Below are positions 26,750 through 36,033 of a stretch of DNA of 64,000 bases, piece by piece (the stretch's first letter is position 1; the number at the start of each line of letters is the position of its first letter). This DNA comes from a virus, in the IMG/VR virus record IMGVR_UViG_3300035698_019443, positions 32,001 through 96,000 of that record; one strand, given 5' to 3'. The notes under the pieces were generated by a model. The model was not told the DNA's origin. It searched no databases and worked only from the letters and a program-made list of their open reading frames with translations. Position numbers and translations under genes: made by a program.

Positions 26750-27931
26750 TCAACGCCTTTTGAGGAAGGAGGAGCCGAGGACGAGGGCGCCGACGATGGG
26801 CACGCCGAGCACAATGCCCCAGGAGAGCTTCGAGCCAGACGCTCGTCGAGCTGCCGCCGCCGCTTTGATGGCGGCAATGTCCTCTCGGATCTGCGCGGTG
26901 GCGACACGCGACGCAGACGCTGCTCGCGCCCGAATGAGGTCCGACTCGAGCCCCATTAGCGTACGCTCGGACTCGAAAGTACGAAGGAAACGAGCCTCCT
27001 CAGCCGGCTGTAACTCCGACCGCTGTATCCGTTGGTCCGCAACCATCGTCCGCAGCGTAGCGAGCGCCGCCATTCGAGTGAGCCCATTGCGAGCTGCCGT
27101 TATTGCTGCCCCATCAACCGTCTCGTTCTCGAGCGCTCGCGCACGCTCTGTGCGCTCCGACGATTCGATGCCACGCTGTATCTGGCGCCTGTTGTGTTCG
27201 GCGCGGTTCGCCCCGTAGATCTTGACGCCAATGCCCACAAGAGCCGCAGCGGCAGCGGCAATCCCCGCTACAACCGAGGCCACGACACAGTAGTCAGGAC
27301 CAGCCGCAACACCTTGGCTCATAATACGGTCGAGGGTCGCGTCGCGGAGAGCTCGAGTAAGCCCACGATGCAACGCCTCATCGGGGTTTACTCCCCGTTG
27401 GATGTCCGCCTTGATACGCTCTTGGATATCGTAGGCATCCGAAGGCGTTCGCGTCATTGCATACTCACGAAGCTCCGTCGAAGGGAAGACCTCCTTGAGC
27501 CTAAACGCTGCCTCTCTTTTGTCCCAGCCGATGGGGACTGGTGGGCGCAGGACCTGGAGGTACTCGTCGATCTTCGCCGCAGCCTCCTGGGGGCTCGCGG
27601 AGATCTGCTTGGCGCCTTCAATGACCCGACGTGCCTCCTGCGGCGCCCACTCCATGATCATCATGTTGAAGATCTGTCGGCGCCGAGCGAGGAGAAACGA
27701 GATCGACGCGACCCGCGTAGCGTCCTCGGGCGTCTCCCCCTCTTCGACCCACTGCTGCGCCCGCTCTCGGACGTTCTGCTCGAGGCTCGGGTGGATCTCA
27801 CTGAGAATGCGAGCGTACTCCGCCCCCCGCTGCCCTGCGGGCTTCTGCTGCGCGGCCTTCATCATATTGCCGACGAAGTCGTGGGCAGTACGAGAGCTAC
27901 GCCACGCCGCCTGGAAGACCGGGCGTGCCAT
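26750..27931 (-). CDS. helical virion membrane protein with C-terminal anchor
   Basis: internal hydrophobic segment; ends WGIVLGVPIVGALVLGSSFLKRR. Confidence 0.7.
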   Translation of the reverse strand: MARPVFQAAWRSSRTAHDFVGNMMKAAQQKPAGQRGAEYARILSEIHPSLEQNVRERAQQWVEEGETPEDATRVASISFLLARRRQIFNMMIMEWAPQEARRVIEGAKQISASPQEAAAKIDEYLQVLRPPVPIGWDKREAAFRLKEVFPSTELREYAMTRTPSDAYDIQERIKADIQRGVNPDEALHRGLTRALRDATLDRIMSQGVAAGPDYCVVASVVAGIAAAAAALVGIGVKIYGANRAEHNRRQIQRGIESSERTERARALENETVDGAAITAARNGLTRMAALATLRTMVADQRIQRSELQPAEEARFLRTFESERTLMGLESDLIRARAASASRVATAQIREDIAAIKAAAAARRASGSKLSWGIVLGVPIVGALVLGSSFLKRR

Positions 27932-28492
27932 CTACTTGCGCCCCTTGAGGAAGTACCAACCTCCGCCCGCAACTGCCACGAGAATGACAGCGCCGACGAC
28001 GTAGGTCCCCATCGAGGATGCGGGCGGGGGAGGTAGCGTTCGGTTGTTGTCCGCGGTGGGAGCTGGGTCGCCGTCGCGCAACGCCGCGAGCTCAGCGAGC
28101 GTCGTGTTCAGCGCCGCCTCGGACGCCTGTGCTGCTTGCGCGCCTGTCTCCATGAGCTGCTCGTGCTCGCGGATGTCCTCTTCCGACTGGGAGTCCCGAA
28201 CGCTACTATAGATCTGGACGACAGCGTCGACTGCTCCCGCAGCAGCCCCAGTAATCGAGTCGATGAGGTCAGTCACGGTCGAGCCCAGTCCGCTCATTCC
28301 GCTAGCCCGGCGAGAGATCGCCTCGGCGAGGGCGGTCTGCAAGGGCACGCCGGCAGAGGTTCTCTGTAGGACATAACGGTCCTGCCCGATCCGCCCCATG
28401 GCGTAATTGAGCGCTGCGGCCCGCACGTTCGGGGGCACGTTCGACTGGCGCAGTTTAGTGATGAGAGCCCTAGCTGCTTGTTGCGAGTTCAT
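27932..28492 (-). CDS. virion membrane protein with C-terminal anchor and MSGLG motif
   Basis: ends YVVGAVILVAVAGGGWYFLKGRK. Confidence 0.7.
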   Translation of the reverse strand: MNSQQAARALITKLRQSNVPPNVRAAALNYAMGRIGQDRYVLQRTSAGVPLQTALAEAISRRASGMSGLGSTVTDLIDSITGAAAGAVDAVVQIYSSVRDSQSEEDIREHEQLMETGAQAAQASEAALNTTLAELAALRDGDPAPTADNNRTLPPPPASSMGTYVVGAVILVAVAGGGWYFLKGRK

Positions 28493-29054
28493 CGTCCTCT
28501 TCCTCCTCGGGTATCTCAGGGGCTGGCGGGGAACCCGACTCCCCCGGCATGGGTGGACGGTTCGGACGCCAACGGTCCCAACCGATCCAACCGAGAGCTC
28601 CGAGGGCGCCCAAGGCGACCACGGGTGGAGCCCACCGACGAAGTGTCAATGCGACCCCCGGCACGTCGATCCCGAGCTCGCCTTGGATCTTTCCTTCGGA
28701 GCCGGCGAGGTATTCGAAGATCGACGAGAGCTGCCATGCCCCTCCGAGCGCGGCGGCAGGACTCGAGCACGCGGCGATCGCGGTCGAAGGCGGGAGTCCC
28801 GCATCGACGTCCGACAACCCTGGCTCGGCGCCAGACAGTAGACGAAGGTAATCGCGCAGTCCGTGCGCTGCCTCCTCCTCGAGCTTGGTGTTTCTCAACG
28901 CCCCTACTCGCTGGGCGAGCTCCTCGGGGCTATGACGTCGCGACCCTCGTCCGAGGATGGCGGCTTGGGTGAGAGCGCGAGCACGATGGTAGTCTGCCAC
29001 TGCGCCCCGAAGTCTATCGTGGGCGACCGTAGCCTCTCGCAGAACGTCAGTCAT
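28470..29054 (-). CDS. membrane protein
   Basis: TM VVALGALGALGWIGW near the C-terminus. Confidence 0.6.
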   Translation of the reverse strand: MTDVLREATVAHDRLRGAVADYHRARALTQAAILGRGSRRHSPEELAQRVGALRNTKLEEEAAHGLRDYLRLLSGAEPGLSDVDAGLPPSTAIAACSSPAAALGGAWQLSSIFEYLAGSEGKIQGELGIDVPGVALTLRRWAPPVVALGALGALGWIGWDRWRPNRPPMPGESGSPPAPEIPEEEEDDELATSS

Positions 29055-29059
29055 GTTGT

Positions 29060-29704
29060 CTATGATACGCGATTTGCGAAAGAGATGTCATCCCAGAGGC
29101 TCTTGGGGATCCACCGCCCGTGAATTTGGTAGAAGGCGAACTGCCCGGTGTGAAACTCTATGGGAGTTCCGAGATGGGTCATTAGGAGCTCTACGGTATC
29201 ACCTTCGTACGCGATGAGATGTACCGGCACGTCACCCCAGTTGTCCATAAGGTTACGGTTGCAGAGTGCCGAGCCTGACGCGATTGTGCCGTAGGAGTCC
29301 GTTTGCATATCCAGCGGGGATAGGCCTGCAATCTTGGTCCCCCACAGCAGGTAGGGGAGCAGCGCGTAGTCTCCGACACTATAGAGGCCAGTAGCCGTCT
29401 GCCCGAGTAGAAACGCGAACTGCACCTGTGAGATGTCGAGGACTAGCCCAGAAGGTACAGTGAACTGCACCATGGACGTCACGACTCCAACTGCCTGGTT
29501 CTTGAAGGGAGCCACGCCTTCCCGTACATAGAAACTCGTCGCGTCCGGCGGTAGGGTGTCGTACATCCCCTGCGTGATTCGAACGAGCTGCGGGCCACGC
29601 TCTGGCTGAACGATCGTCCCTGAGCCAGGTTTACGCACCAGAGGCCGTTGGATCGACCTGATCGACTTCTCTCTGAGCTTTCTCGTATCGTGTTTATTTG
29701 CCAC
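29060..29704 (-). CDS. putative single jelly-roll capsid/structural protein 3
   Basis: beta-rich 214 aa; VQFTVPSG...IAYEGDTVEL...IHGRW pattern recalls vertical single jelly-roll capsid proteins (from memory). Confidence 0.5.
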   Translation of the reverse strand: MANKHDTRKLREKSIRSIQRPLVRKPGSGTIVQPERGPQLVRITQGMYDTLPPDATSFYVREGVAPFKNQAVGVVTSMVQFTVPSGLVLDISQVQFAFLLGQTATGLYSVGDYALLPYLLWGTKIAGLSPLDMQTDSYGTIASGSALCNRNLMDNWGDVPVHLIAYEGDTVELLMTHLGTPIEFHTGQFAFYQIHGRWIPKSLWDDISFANRVS

Positions 29705-29715
29705 GATTGCTCCTT

Positions 29716-30366
29716 CTAGCTCTTCAAGACGTCAAGGCACTGCACGCCCACCATTTGAATGTAGAGCGTTCCATCGGTGCCCGGTGCGACCGAGGGCGTG
29801 ACGTAGAATCGCGCCGTCGAGTTGGGGCCGAAGCCGTCGCCCTCTGGGCCGAGAATCCCGTCTTGGTCCTGTCGGTAGAGGATGTCCGAGGGGATCGCAC
29901 GATCTTGCCGGTCCCGCTCGGCTCGCCCGTCGGAGTACTCCCAGAAGAAGTCGAGCACGTCGTCGACTGGCGATGCCGCGACCTCCTGCGAGCCCGCGAT
30001 GTAAGGGTTGCCGCTCGAGATCGGGCGGAACCTGCCGCTGTTGGTACCGCTCGAGGGCACCCACACCATATGGAGGCGGTCGAGAAAGAACCAACCCTCC
30101 TCGGACACTGCCACGGCACCGCTCGCGCGCTCGGCAGAGCCCGAGGTCAGCGCAACGGAGACGCGGTAGGTAAAGGGGATGATCTTCGCGGCGTTGAGCT
30201 CCGTGTACCGGCGGAAAGAGAGCTGTCGGCCTTCGAGCGCGTCGAGCCGCGCGATGAGTTGGCTGGGATCACCAAACTCTTTGAGTCGCCCGTAGAGCTT
30301 GCGGAGCCCCACCGAGGTGTCCTCTTGCTTGTTTCGGAGTGCAGCGATCGCTTCGTTGATGTTCAC
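29716..30366 (-). CDS. putative single jelly-roll capsid/structural protein 2
   Basis: 216 aa, N-terminal helix then beta-rich, ends GTLYIQMVGVQ; strong GGAGGAG RBS. Confidence 0.5.
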   Translation of the reverse strand: MNINEAIAALRNKQEDTSVGLRKLYGRLKEFGDPSQLIARLDALEGRQLSFRRYTELNAAKIIPFTYRVSVALTSGSAERASGAVAVSEEGWFFLDRLHMVWVPSSGTNSGRFRPISSGNPYIAGSQEVAASPVDDVLDFFWEYSDGRAERDRQDRAIPSDILYRQDQDGILGPEGDGFGPNSTARFYVTPSVAPGTDGTLYIQMVGVQCLDVLKS

Positions 30367-30393
30367 GGTAATCTCCTCCTCTAATGAGGGTAA

Positions 30394-30436
30394 AGCCCCC
30401 GGCGAGGTCGACTTCGCGTGACACTCGGCGGGGGCT
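30394..30436 (-). terminator. GC-rich hairpin downstream of the major capsid candidate
   Basis: AGCCCCC-ggcgag...ctcggc-GGGGGCT inverted repeat followed by TTTA on the minus strand. Confidence 0.55.
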
Positions 30437-30475
30437 CACCTGTCGTTGCAACAGTAAGCTATGTAGGTGTTCTCC

Positions 30476-31084
30476 CTACAGGACGTCGCGGACGTGCAGC
30501 CCATCGATCATGTAGCCGATGGAAACTTCGCCAGCGGTCAGCGCGGTGATGTCTGTGGCGAGGTCTGCAGAACCAAGCGCCGAGACACTCGCGTTGACCA
30601 AGAAGTTTTGCCTCGCCGGAATAGCTATACTTCTCGCCAACTTGCAGATACTTTCCTGGCTCGGTACCCCGTTATTAAAGTAAACGGTTGTGTCCGAACC
30701 GACGTCGCCGAAGAGACCACCACCTGCGGGCAAGTAGAAGGTCGGCGCCGTGAAGGCCTGCTTGTTTTGGATGACCAACTCCCAGAAGAGCTGAGCCATC
30801 GCGTGATGGTACATGATGTGGTCGTTCTGCGACGCGCCGACACAACCGCGGAAGTACAACCAAACACGAAGGGCGAGCACTCGGTAGCTTTGGTCGGATG
30901 GGAACGCGCCTGCGCCCTCCATGTTTGTGAGAGCGACGGCGCCCGTGCTCGCAGCGGTGAACAGCCGGATGGGGCTGTTGGCGATGGTCGTTCGGGGGGT
31001 GAACCCGCCGGCGACGTTGCCTCGGATCAGAGTGTCCCAGAACGGCTGGTGTCGCCGTTCTTTCATTCCACGTACTTTCGACAT
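30476..31084 (-). CDS. putative major capsid protein (single jelly-roll-like)
   Basis: 202 aa, beta-rich: QPFWDT, LF, TNMEGAGAFP, IPARQNFLV, IDGLHVRDVL; AGAGGAG RBS; followed by a hairpin; central in the structural module. Confidence 0.6.
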   Translation of the reverse strand: MSKVRGMKERRHQPFWDTLIRGNVAGGFTPRTTIANSPIRLFTAASTGAVALTNMEGAGAFPSDQSYRVLALRVWLYFRGCVGASQNDHIMYHHAMAQLFWELVIQNKQAFTAPTFYLPAGGGLFGDVGSDTTVYFNNGVPSQESICKLARSIAIPARQNFLVNASVSALGSADLATDITALTAGEVSIGYMIDGLHVRDVL

Positions 31085-31157
31085 CTCTTTGCTCCTCTCC
31101 TCGAAATCCTGTTTCTTTTCTGCGGGTGCGCTCCCACATCTTCCGAGGTGTTATTGC

Positions 31158-32834
31158 CTATCCAGAGAACACACTGCCGGCCAAGATGCCGGTCGATGCT
31201 GGGGAACCGTACTTGCCTGTGATCGGCTTGACGTAGCCAGGGGCTCCGTCAACCGGCCAGTTGCCCGCACTGCGCGGGTAGTCACCGGGTTGATTCGGCA
31301 TGACAGTGACGCCGCCAGCGGGGGCGCCATTGAAGGCTTGATTGACCGCGGAGAGCACGGCAGCGCGAAGCTGCGGAGTGCCCTTGACCATGCCCATGCG
31401 GTTCTTGACTTCGCGGTAGGCGTGGATGGCGGCTTGTTTCGCGTTGGCGCCGGTGGCTGCCGCAGCGTTGGCGGCGTCAGCGATCGCCGCGTGGATCACT
31501 TCATTGCCCTGCGCGGCTTTGTCGCCGAGCACGCCGCCGTGAGTCTCGTTGCCGTAGAGCGAGCCGCCCTCATCAGCGAGACCCTCGTCCGCCGTGATAT
31601 CGAAGCCTGCGACGGCTTCCTCGACTTCGAGGCCCATGCCGGGCTCTTCGATGTACTCGGCGAGACCGTTGTCTACGCTGACGTCGAAGTCGGCGAGACC
31701 GTTGTCAATGCCGATATCGAGACCCATTCCAGGTGTCTCGATGTACTCGCCCATGCCTGGCTCTTCGATGTATTCACCGACGCCGGGCTCTTGGATGTAC
31801 TCACCGATGCCATCGTCCGCCGCGAGTGCGCCGGCCATGCCACCGGAGAGAGCTCGCTCGTAGACATCGAGGTTCGAGCCCATGCCGTAGCCTGCGAGGT
31901 CCTCGGCCAAGAGACCAACGGGCGGGGCGACATAGGCCTGGACGTTGGGCGGAGCGAACTGCGTGAGCAGAGTCTCGGCCAACGAGACAAGCGCGCCGAC
32001 CATCGCTGCCTCGGAGTACTTGTCGAGGGGCTTGAGCGCGGCGACCTTCTTGGGAAGGTAGAAAGCAGCGAGCGCCACAGCGAGATTCGAGATGGCGGGG
32101 GCGTAGGGTCGCACCGACGCCGGAACCGCCTCGAGCTGCATGATCTGGTTGCCCGCCACGCGACCGGCGAAGAAGCCTGCGCCACCAGCCAGGAAGGGAA
32201 GAACCATCGTCTTCAGCGTGGGCACGAGGCCCATGTTGCGACGATAGCTACGACGCTTCGTGGTCTTGCGCCGCTTGGACGCGGTGCTCTTGCGACCGGC
32301 GCGCTTCGAGAAGCGACCGTTCTTCAGACGCTTGCGGCTCGTGGCCTTGCGGCTCGTGCTCTTGCGGCGCTTGGAGGCGGCGACTTTGCGTTTCTTGACC
32401 CGACGTTTCTTTCCTTTGTTGCCCACCCAGACCCACTCGGCCTTCTCATGGACGGCGTCGCGGGGATACCAGCCAGCCCATTCGATCCCAGCAGTCTTGG
32501 CTGCCTTGGAGCGGGCTTTTCGATTGGTGAGCTTGGCTTTCGAGGGGCGCGTGCCGCCCTGGGCTCTTCGCTTCGGGGGGGTCTTCTTCGTGACCTTGGC
32601 ACGCTTGGCCCTCTTGGCCTTTGCGAGATTGGCGGAACGCGTGGCGCGGCCTTTGGCGAGCGCGTCGAGGGTCGCCTGAGAGACCTTCTTCTTCTCTGGG
32701 TTGCGCTTGGCTTTCCTACGCACGGCCTTTTTTCGCTTCTTGGTCACTTTAGAGCCTCCTGCCTTTGCCTTTTTCGGCTTGCCTGGGTTCACCAGGGTGA
32801 GCAGGGTCGGGTTCTCTATCGCGTGGTATTTCAC
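31158..32834 (-). CDS. core/membrane protein: K/R-rich N-terminus, hydrophobic segments, acidic G(M/V/L)GEYIEEP repeats
   Basis: ~200 aa extremely basic region, then hydrophobic helices, then repeats; directly upstream of the capsid candidate. Confidence 0.75.
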   Translation of the reverse strand: MKYHAIENPTLLTLVNPGKPKKAKAGGSKVTKKRKKAVRRKAKRNPEKKKVSQATLDALAKGRATRSANLAKAKRAKRAKVTKKTPPKRRAQGGTRPSKAKLTNRKARSKAAKTAGIEWAGWYPRDAVHEKAEWVWVGNKGKKRRVKKRKVAASKRRKSTSRKATSRKRLKNGRFSKRAGRKSTASKRRKTTKRRSYRRNMGLVPTLKTMVLPFLAGGAGFFAGRVAGNQIMQLEAVPASVRPYAPAISNLAVALAAFYLPKKVAALKPLDKYSEAAMVGALVSLAETLLTQFAPPNVQAYVAPPVGLLAEDLAGYGMGSNLDVYERALSGGMAGALAADDGIGEYIQEPGVGEYIEEPGMGEYIETPGMGLDIGIDNGLADFDVSVDNGLAEYIEEPGMGLEVEEAVAGFDITADEGLADEGGSLYGNETHGGVLGDKAAQGNEVIHAAIADAANAAAATGANAKQAAIHAYREVKNRMGMVKGTPQLRAAVLSAVNQAFNGAPAGGVTVMPNQPGDYPRSAGNWPVDGAPGYVKPITGKYGSPASTGILAGSVFSG

Positions 32835-32931
32835 TTGCTCACCATGCTTTACAGCCTACGCGGGTCGCAGGCGGACTCTCAACTACGCGAAACCCCTAGT
32901 TAGTGGACGTCCCAATACTGTTTCGCGTCGT

Positions 32932-32960
32932 TTGACCGAGTTTGTCGTGGTTGGTAGACT
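32932..32960 (+). promoter_or_regulatory. sigma70-type promoter (TTGACC-17-TAGACT), leaderless start at GTG 32968
   Basis: TTGACC 32932-32937, TAGACT 32955-32960, exact 17-nt spacer. Confidence 0.7.
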
Positions 32961-32967
32961 GGTAAGT

Positions 32968-33252
32968 GTGAAGATACAGCCGAACCGCTACTACGCCGTC
33001 AAAGAGATCGCCGGCTACTTCGAGGTCGTCGACCAAACTATCGTCAATGCAATCAACCGCGGCCAACTCGTGGCGACGAAGTTAATGAATACGTGGCGGA
33101 TAAAAGGCGAGTGGGTGTTGGCGTTCGAGAAGGAAGCAGTGGCGCACGCGAAGGCTATCCGCAAATCCCTGCCGCCAATACGGACAGTCCCGACCCCGCG
33201 AAAAGTGCTACGATCCGGCGCCCGTCCCATGCAAAAAGGGCGTCTCCGTTAG
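32968..33252 (+). CDS. excisionase/MerR-like HTH DNA-binding protein
   Basis: YYAVKEIAGYFEVVDQTIVNAINRGQLVATKLMNTWRI. Confidence 0.8.
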   Translation: MKIQPNRYYAVKEIAGYFEVVDQTIVNAINRGQLVATKLMNTWRIKGEWVLAFEKEAVAHAKAIRKSLPPIRTVPTPRKVLRSGARPMQKGRLR

Positions 33253-33634
33253 GCGAGGAGCAGAGCAGCGTCCCCTTCTTTGGCGTTGACCGATAGAGCT
33301 GATCACCCACACGGATATCCGCCCCGAGGAAGTAGCCGAGCACAGCTGCGGAGTCGGGGTAGTGCTTGAGCGGTGACGATACCGTCTTCGCGCGGACGCC
33401 CTTCGTCGTACCGGCGGGCTCGAAGCACTTTACGCTCTTGCCATGGTCATGGAAGTATCGCTGAATATCCCCGTTCTCGTGCCACTTGTCAGACCCGTAG
33501 TAGGTCGTCTCGGCGGACCCCACGAGCACCCACTTCGTCGGCCACTTCGCGTTGACGTCAATCTCCTTACGGATCTTCTTCTGGTGGAAGAGCTCCCACC
33601 GCTTGCGGGCGCCGGCGATGTCTCGACGTGCCAT
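33155..33634 (-). CDS. hypothetical protein
   Basis: 159 aa with GAGG RBS; 3' end overlaps the convergent HTH gene. Confidence 0.6.
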   Translation of the reverse strand: MARRDIAGARKRWELFHQKKIRKEIDVNAKWPTKWVLVGSAETTYYGSDKWHENGDIQRYFHDHGKSVKCFEPAGTTKGVRAKTVSSPLKHYPDSAAVLGYFLGADIRVGDQLYRSTPKKGTLLCSSPNGDALFAWDGRRIVALFAGSGLSVLAAGICG

Positions 33635-33637
33635 TGA

Positions 33638-33950
33638 TTACCTCTTCAGCAGAAGGAGAGCAGCGAGCGCCCCGATGGCGATCCACTCGAAGGGGACCGA
33701 CGGGACACCCGAGCGGCAGATACAGCCCAATGCGGCCTCGCCCTTGCCGACCTTCCGCGCCAGGAGGGGCAGACGAGGGACGGCAGTGCCGATGGGGACG
33801 CCGATCTTCGCCGCGATAATTCGGGATGCGCGAGGAGCTCCGCCCGTCTGGTAGTAGTCGTAGCCGTCGCCCCGCCAAACGGAGCAGAGGCGCGCTACTT
33901 GCGGAGCCACAGGAATGCCGCCAAGGCCGCGGCGCCACCGATGATCCATG
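33638..33950 (-). CDS. small C-terminally anchored membrane protein (start uncertain)
   Basis: SVW..DGYDYY...WIAIGALAALLLLKR. Confidence 0.55.
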
Positions 33951-34257
33951 TTCTCTCTCCTGCGCTGCGATCGCCCCACCATCCGCTCAGCCCATCAACC
34001 GACCCGCCAGCGTTGAGCATCGGCGCGTTGCCGTACATCGTCGTGCCGGGGACCACTTTGTTGGTGAACGGCGCGAGCGACCCGGCGTCATCGGTCCACC
34101 GAGGGTCGAGCGCCCAGTGTGTCGCGAAGACACCATGTCGGTCTGCGGGTAGAATCGGCCCACCGAAGACGCCGCCACGGTAGGTAACTGGGGCGGGGAT
34201 CTTCGCCACGCCAGTGCCGTGAACGGGACGCCGAACCTGAACGTATCGTCTGCTCAT
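33895..34257 (-). CDS. C-terminally anchored membrane protein
   Basis: start MSRRYVQ; GLSGWWG motif; ends WIIGGAAALAAFLWLRK. Confidence 0.65.
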   Translation of the reverse strand: MSRRYVQVRRPVHGTGVAKIPAPVTYRGGVFGGPILPADRHGVFATHWALDPRWTDDAGSLAPFTNKVVPGTTMYGNAPMLNAGGSVDGLSGWWGDRSAGERTWIIGGAAALAAFLWLRK

Positions 34258-35045
34258 TTGCTTGCCTTCTTTTTGAACAGGGTAGCGATGCGCCCCCCTG
34301 GCGTTCCGTATTTGACGTAGAGCGCGACCCCCGCGAGCACCGAGACCCCGCCAACGACGACCCACGCCGGCACTCCGCCGCCCGCCTTGTCGTCGTCATC
34401 CTCGTCGCTGCTACCGCCGCCACCGTTGCCCGTGTTGGTTACTGGCGTGTGCCCGCCGTAGAGCGACTCTTCCATCGAGCCGCCATCTTCCGCCTCGAGC
34501 ACACTGATGAGATCCGCAGTGATATCAGCTGACGAGTCTCCGGTCACAGACTCTGCCACTGCGCCTATTGGAGAGTACAAGAGAACATTCCGCACCAGCC
34601 TGCTGCTCAGGTCGGTGATGCGTGGATCATAGCGCGAGGCTGGCATCGCTCGCCATCGATCGGAGACTACGAGAGCTCGCCGCACAGCGACGTTCGCATC
34701 ACGGACCAGTTGCTGCAAGACACGGACAGCAGCGACCGAGGGCTGTGGGGGTAGCGCAGAGATCTCTGCCTGCGTGGCCTGTACTCGTCTCGTGCGCGAT
34801 CTTAGCTCTGCCATAATCGGGGAAGCCTCTTCCCCGCAGTCCTCATCAAATGAGTTCCACCACAACGCCGCTGGCATATTCCAGGTGAACTGTCTCGCCA
34901 GCCACCCAGGACGGTCCCCATAGGTTTGTCGACCCTGCTCCGCCCGTTGCTCCAACGAAGCGAAGAGTGTCGCTACGTCATTCAGCCCCCCAGTAAGATG
35001 GAGCACTCGGGCTCGAAGAACCGTCGTTGTCAGTGCGATGGTCAT
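34254..35045 (-). CDS. C-terminally anchored membrane protein
   Basis: Gly/acidic linker then WVVVGGVSVLAGVALYVKY. Confidence 0.65.
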   Translation of the reverse strand: MTIALTTTVLRARVLHLTGGLNDVATLFASLEQRAEQGRQTYGDRPGWLARQFTWNMPAALWWNSFDEDCGEEASPIMAELRSRTRRVQATQAEISALPPQPSVAAVRVLQQLVRDANVAVRRALVVSDRWRAMPASRYDPRITDLSSRLVRNVLLYSPIGAVAESVTGDSSADITADLISVLEAEDGGSMEESLYGGHTPVTNTGNGGGGSSDEDDDDKAGGGVPAWVVVGGVSVLAGVALYVKYGTPGGRIATLFKKKASK

Positions 35046-35048
35046 CGT

Positions 35049-35237
35049 CTACTTCTCCCTCAGTAGCCAGATCGCCCCGCCGAGTACAACGACGGCGCCG
35101 ACGACCCAGAAGGCAGCACGCACTGGCTCCACCGTCCCGAGCGCGGGGCGGGGGTAGCGGTAGAGTTGGTTGCGACCTCGAGGCATACGCGCGAAGCGCC
35201 CGCCGTAGGTCACTGGGGTTCGGGTCTGATACTTCAT
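35049..35237 (-). CDS. small C-terminally anchored membrane protein
   Basis: MKYQTRTP...FWVVGAVVVLGGAIWLLREK. Confidence 0.6.
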   Translation of the reverse strand: MKYQTRTPVTYGGRFARMPRGRNQLYRYPRPALGTVEPVRAAFWVVGAVVVLGGAIWLLREK

Positions 35238-35244
35238 AGTGTCC

Positions 35245-36033
35245 TCACTTCGTCCAACGGTAGATACCGTAGACGAGGGCGGCGAGGCCCGCGGCCCCAA
35301 TGATGTAGACGTAGACGGGGCGCCCCTCGTTGTCGATCGACCCCGTTTCCATAATCGCTTCGAGCGATCCGACCATCGACGCAGCCTTCGCGAGGACGTC
35401 CTCGAGGTGCTGCCACGTCGCGTCCTGTACACCGGGCGGCTTGCCGGCGCCGAGAAAGACCATAGCGGTATAGATGCTGTCGGCTATTTTGTCCCGCAGT
35501 CCTTGATGTGTGGGTTGCATCTCGAGCACCTCGAGTTGCCAGTCCAAGACGTTGGCGAGGCTGCGAAGCGACGACTCCCCGCCAGCCCTTGGCGCCGCAG
35601 CGGACGACGTGAGCATTTTGAGCCCGCCGAGCTGCCCCCGCTCACTCAGCGTCCTCTCCGTCGAAACGAGCAGATCGCGTGCTTGCGAGAACGCCGTCCG
35701 AATAGTCACCATGAAAACGTCTCGACGAGCGAGCCACTGCTCCGCAACTGCCTCCTCTTGCCCAGCCCGCGGCACAAGATAGTCGGGACGGGGGAAGAGG
35801 ATGGCGGCTTCGGGGAAGTCCTCTCCAACACTGTCGGAGAGACGTCGGACGGCCCAGAAGAGGCGAACGAAGGTTGAGCGGACGCGGCTCCAAGGATCGA
35901 TCGTCTTCCCTGTGCCAAGTTGGGTCCAGGTGCTCCCCTCCTCGGCGCGATGAAGCGCCTGTTCGAGCGCCAGCCGTGCAGAGTCAAGCGTGTGCTTGCG
36001 ATCGAGGTAGCCCTGTGCCGCCGCCGTCGTCAT
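35245..36033 (-). CDS. C-terminally anchored membrane protein
   Basis: ends YIIGAAGLAALVYGIYRWTK. Confidence 0.65.
   Translation of the reverse strand: MTTAAAQGYLDRKHTLDSARLALEQALHRAEEGSTWTQLGTGKTIDPWSRVRSTFVRLFWAVRRLSDSVGEDFPEAAILFPRPDYLVPRAGQEEAVAEQWLARRDVFMVTIRTAFSQARDLLVSTERTLSERGQLGGLKMLTSSAAAPRAGGESSLRSLANVLDWQLEVLEMQPTHQGLRDKIADSIYTAMVFLGAGKPPGVQDATWQHLEDVLAKAASMVGSLEAIMETGSIDNEGRPVYVYIIGAAGLAALVYGIYRWTK

Noticed and set aside
30921-32903. 660-aa + strand ORF and similar long antisense ORFs (7548..8882, 49228..50517, 27032..28036)
   Set aside because: Shadow frames of well-supported - strand genes in high-GC DNA, with no motifs
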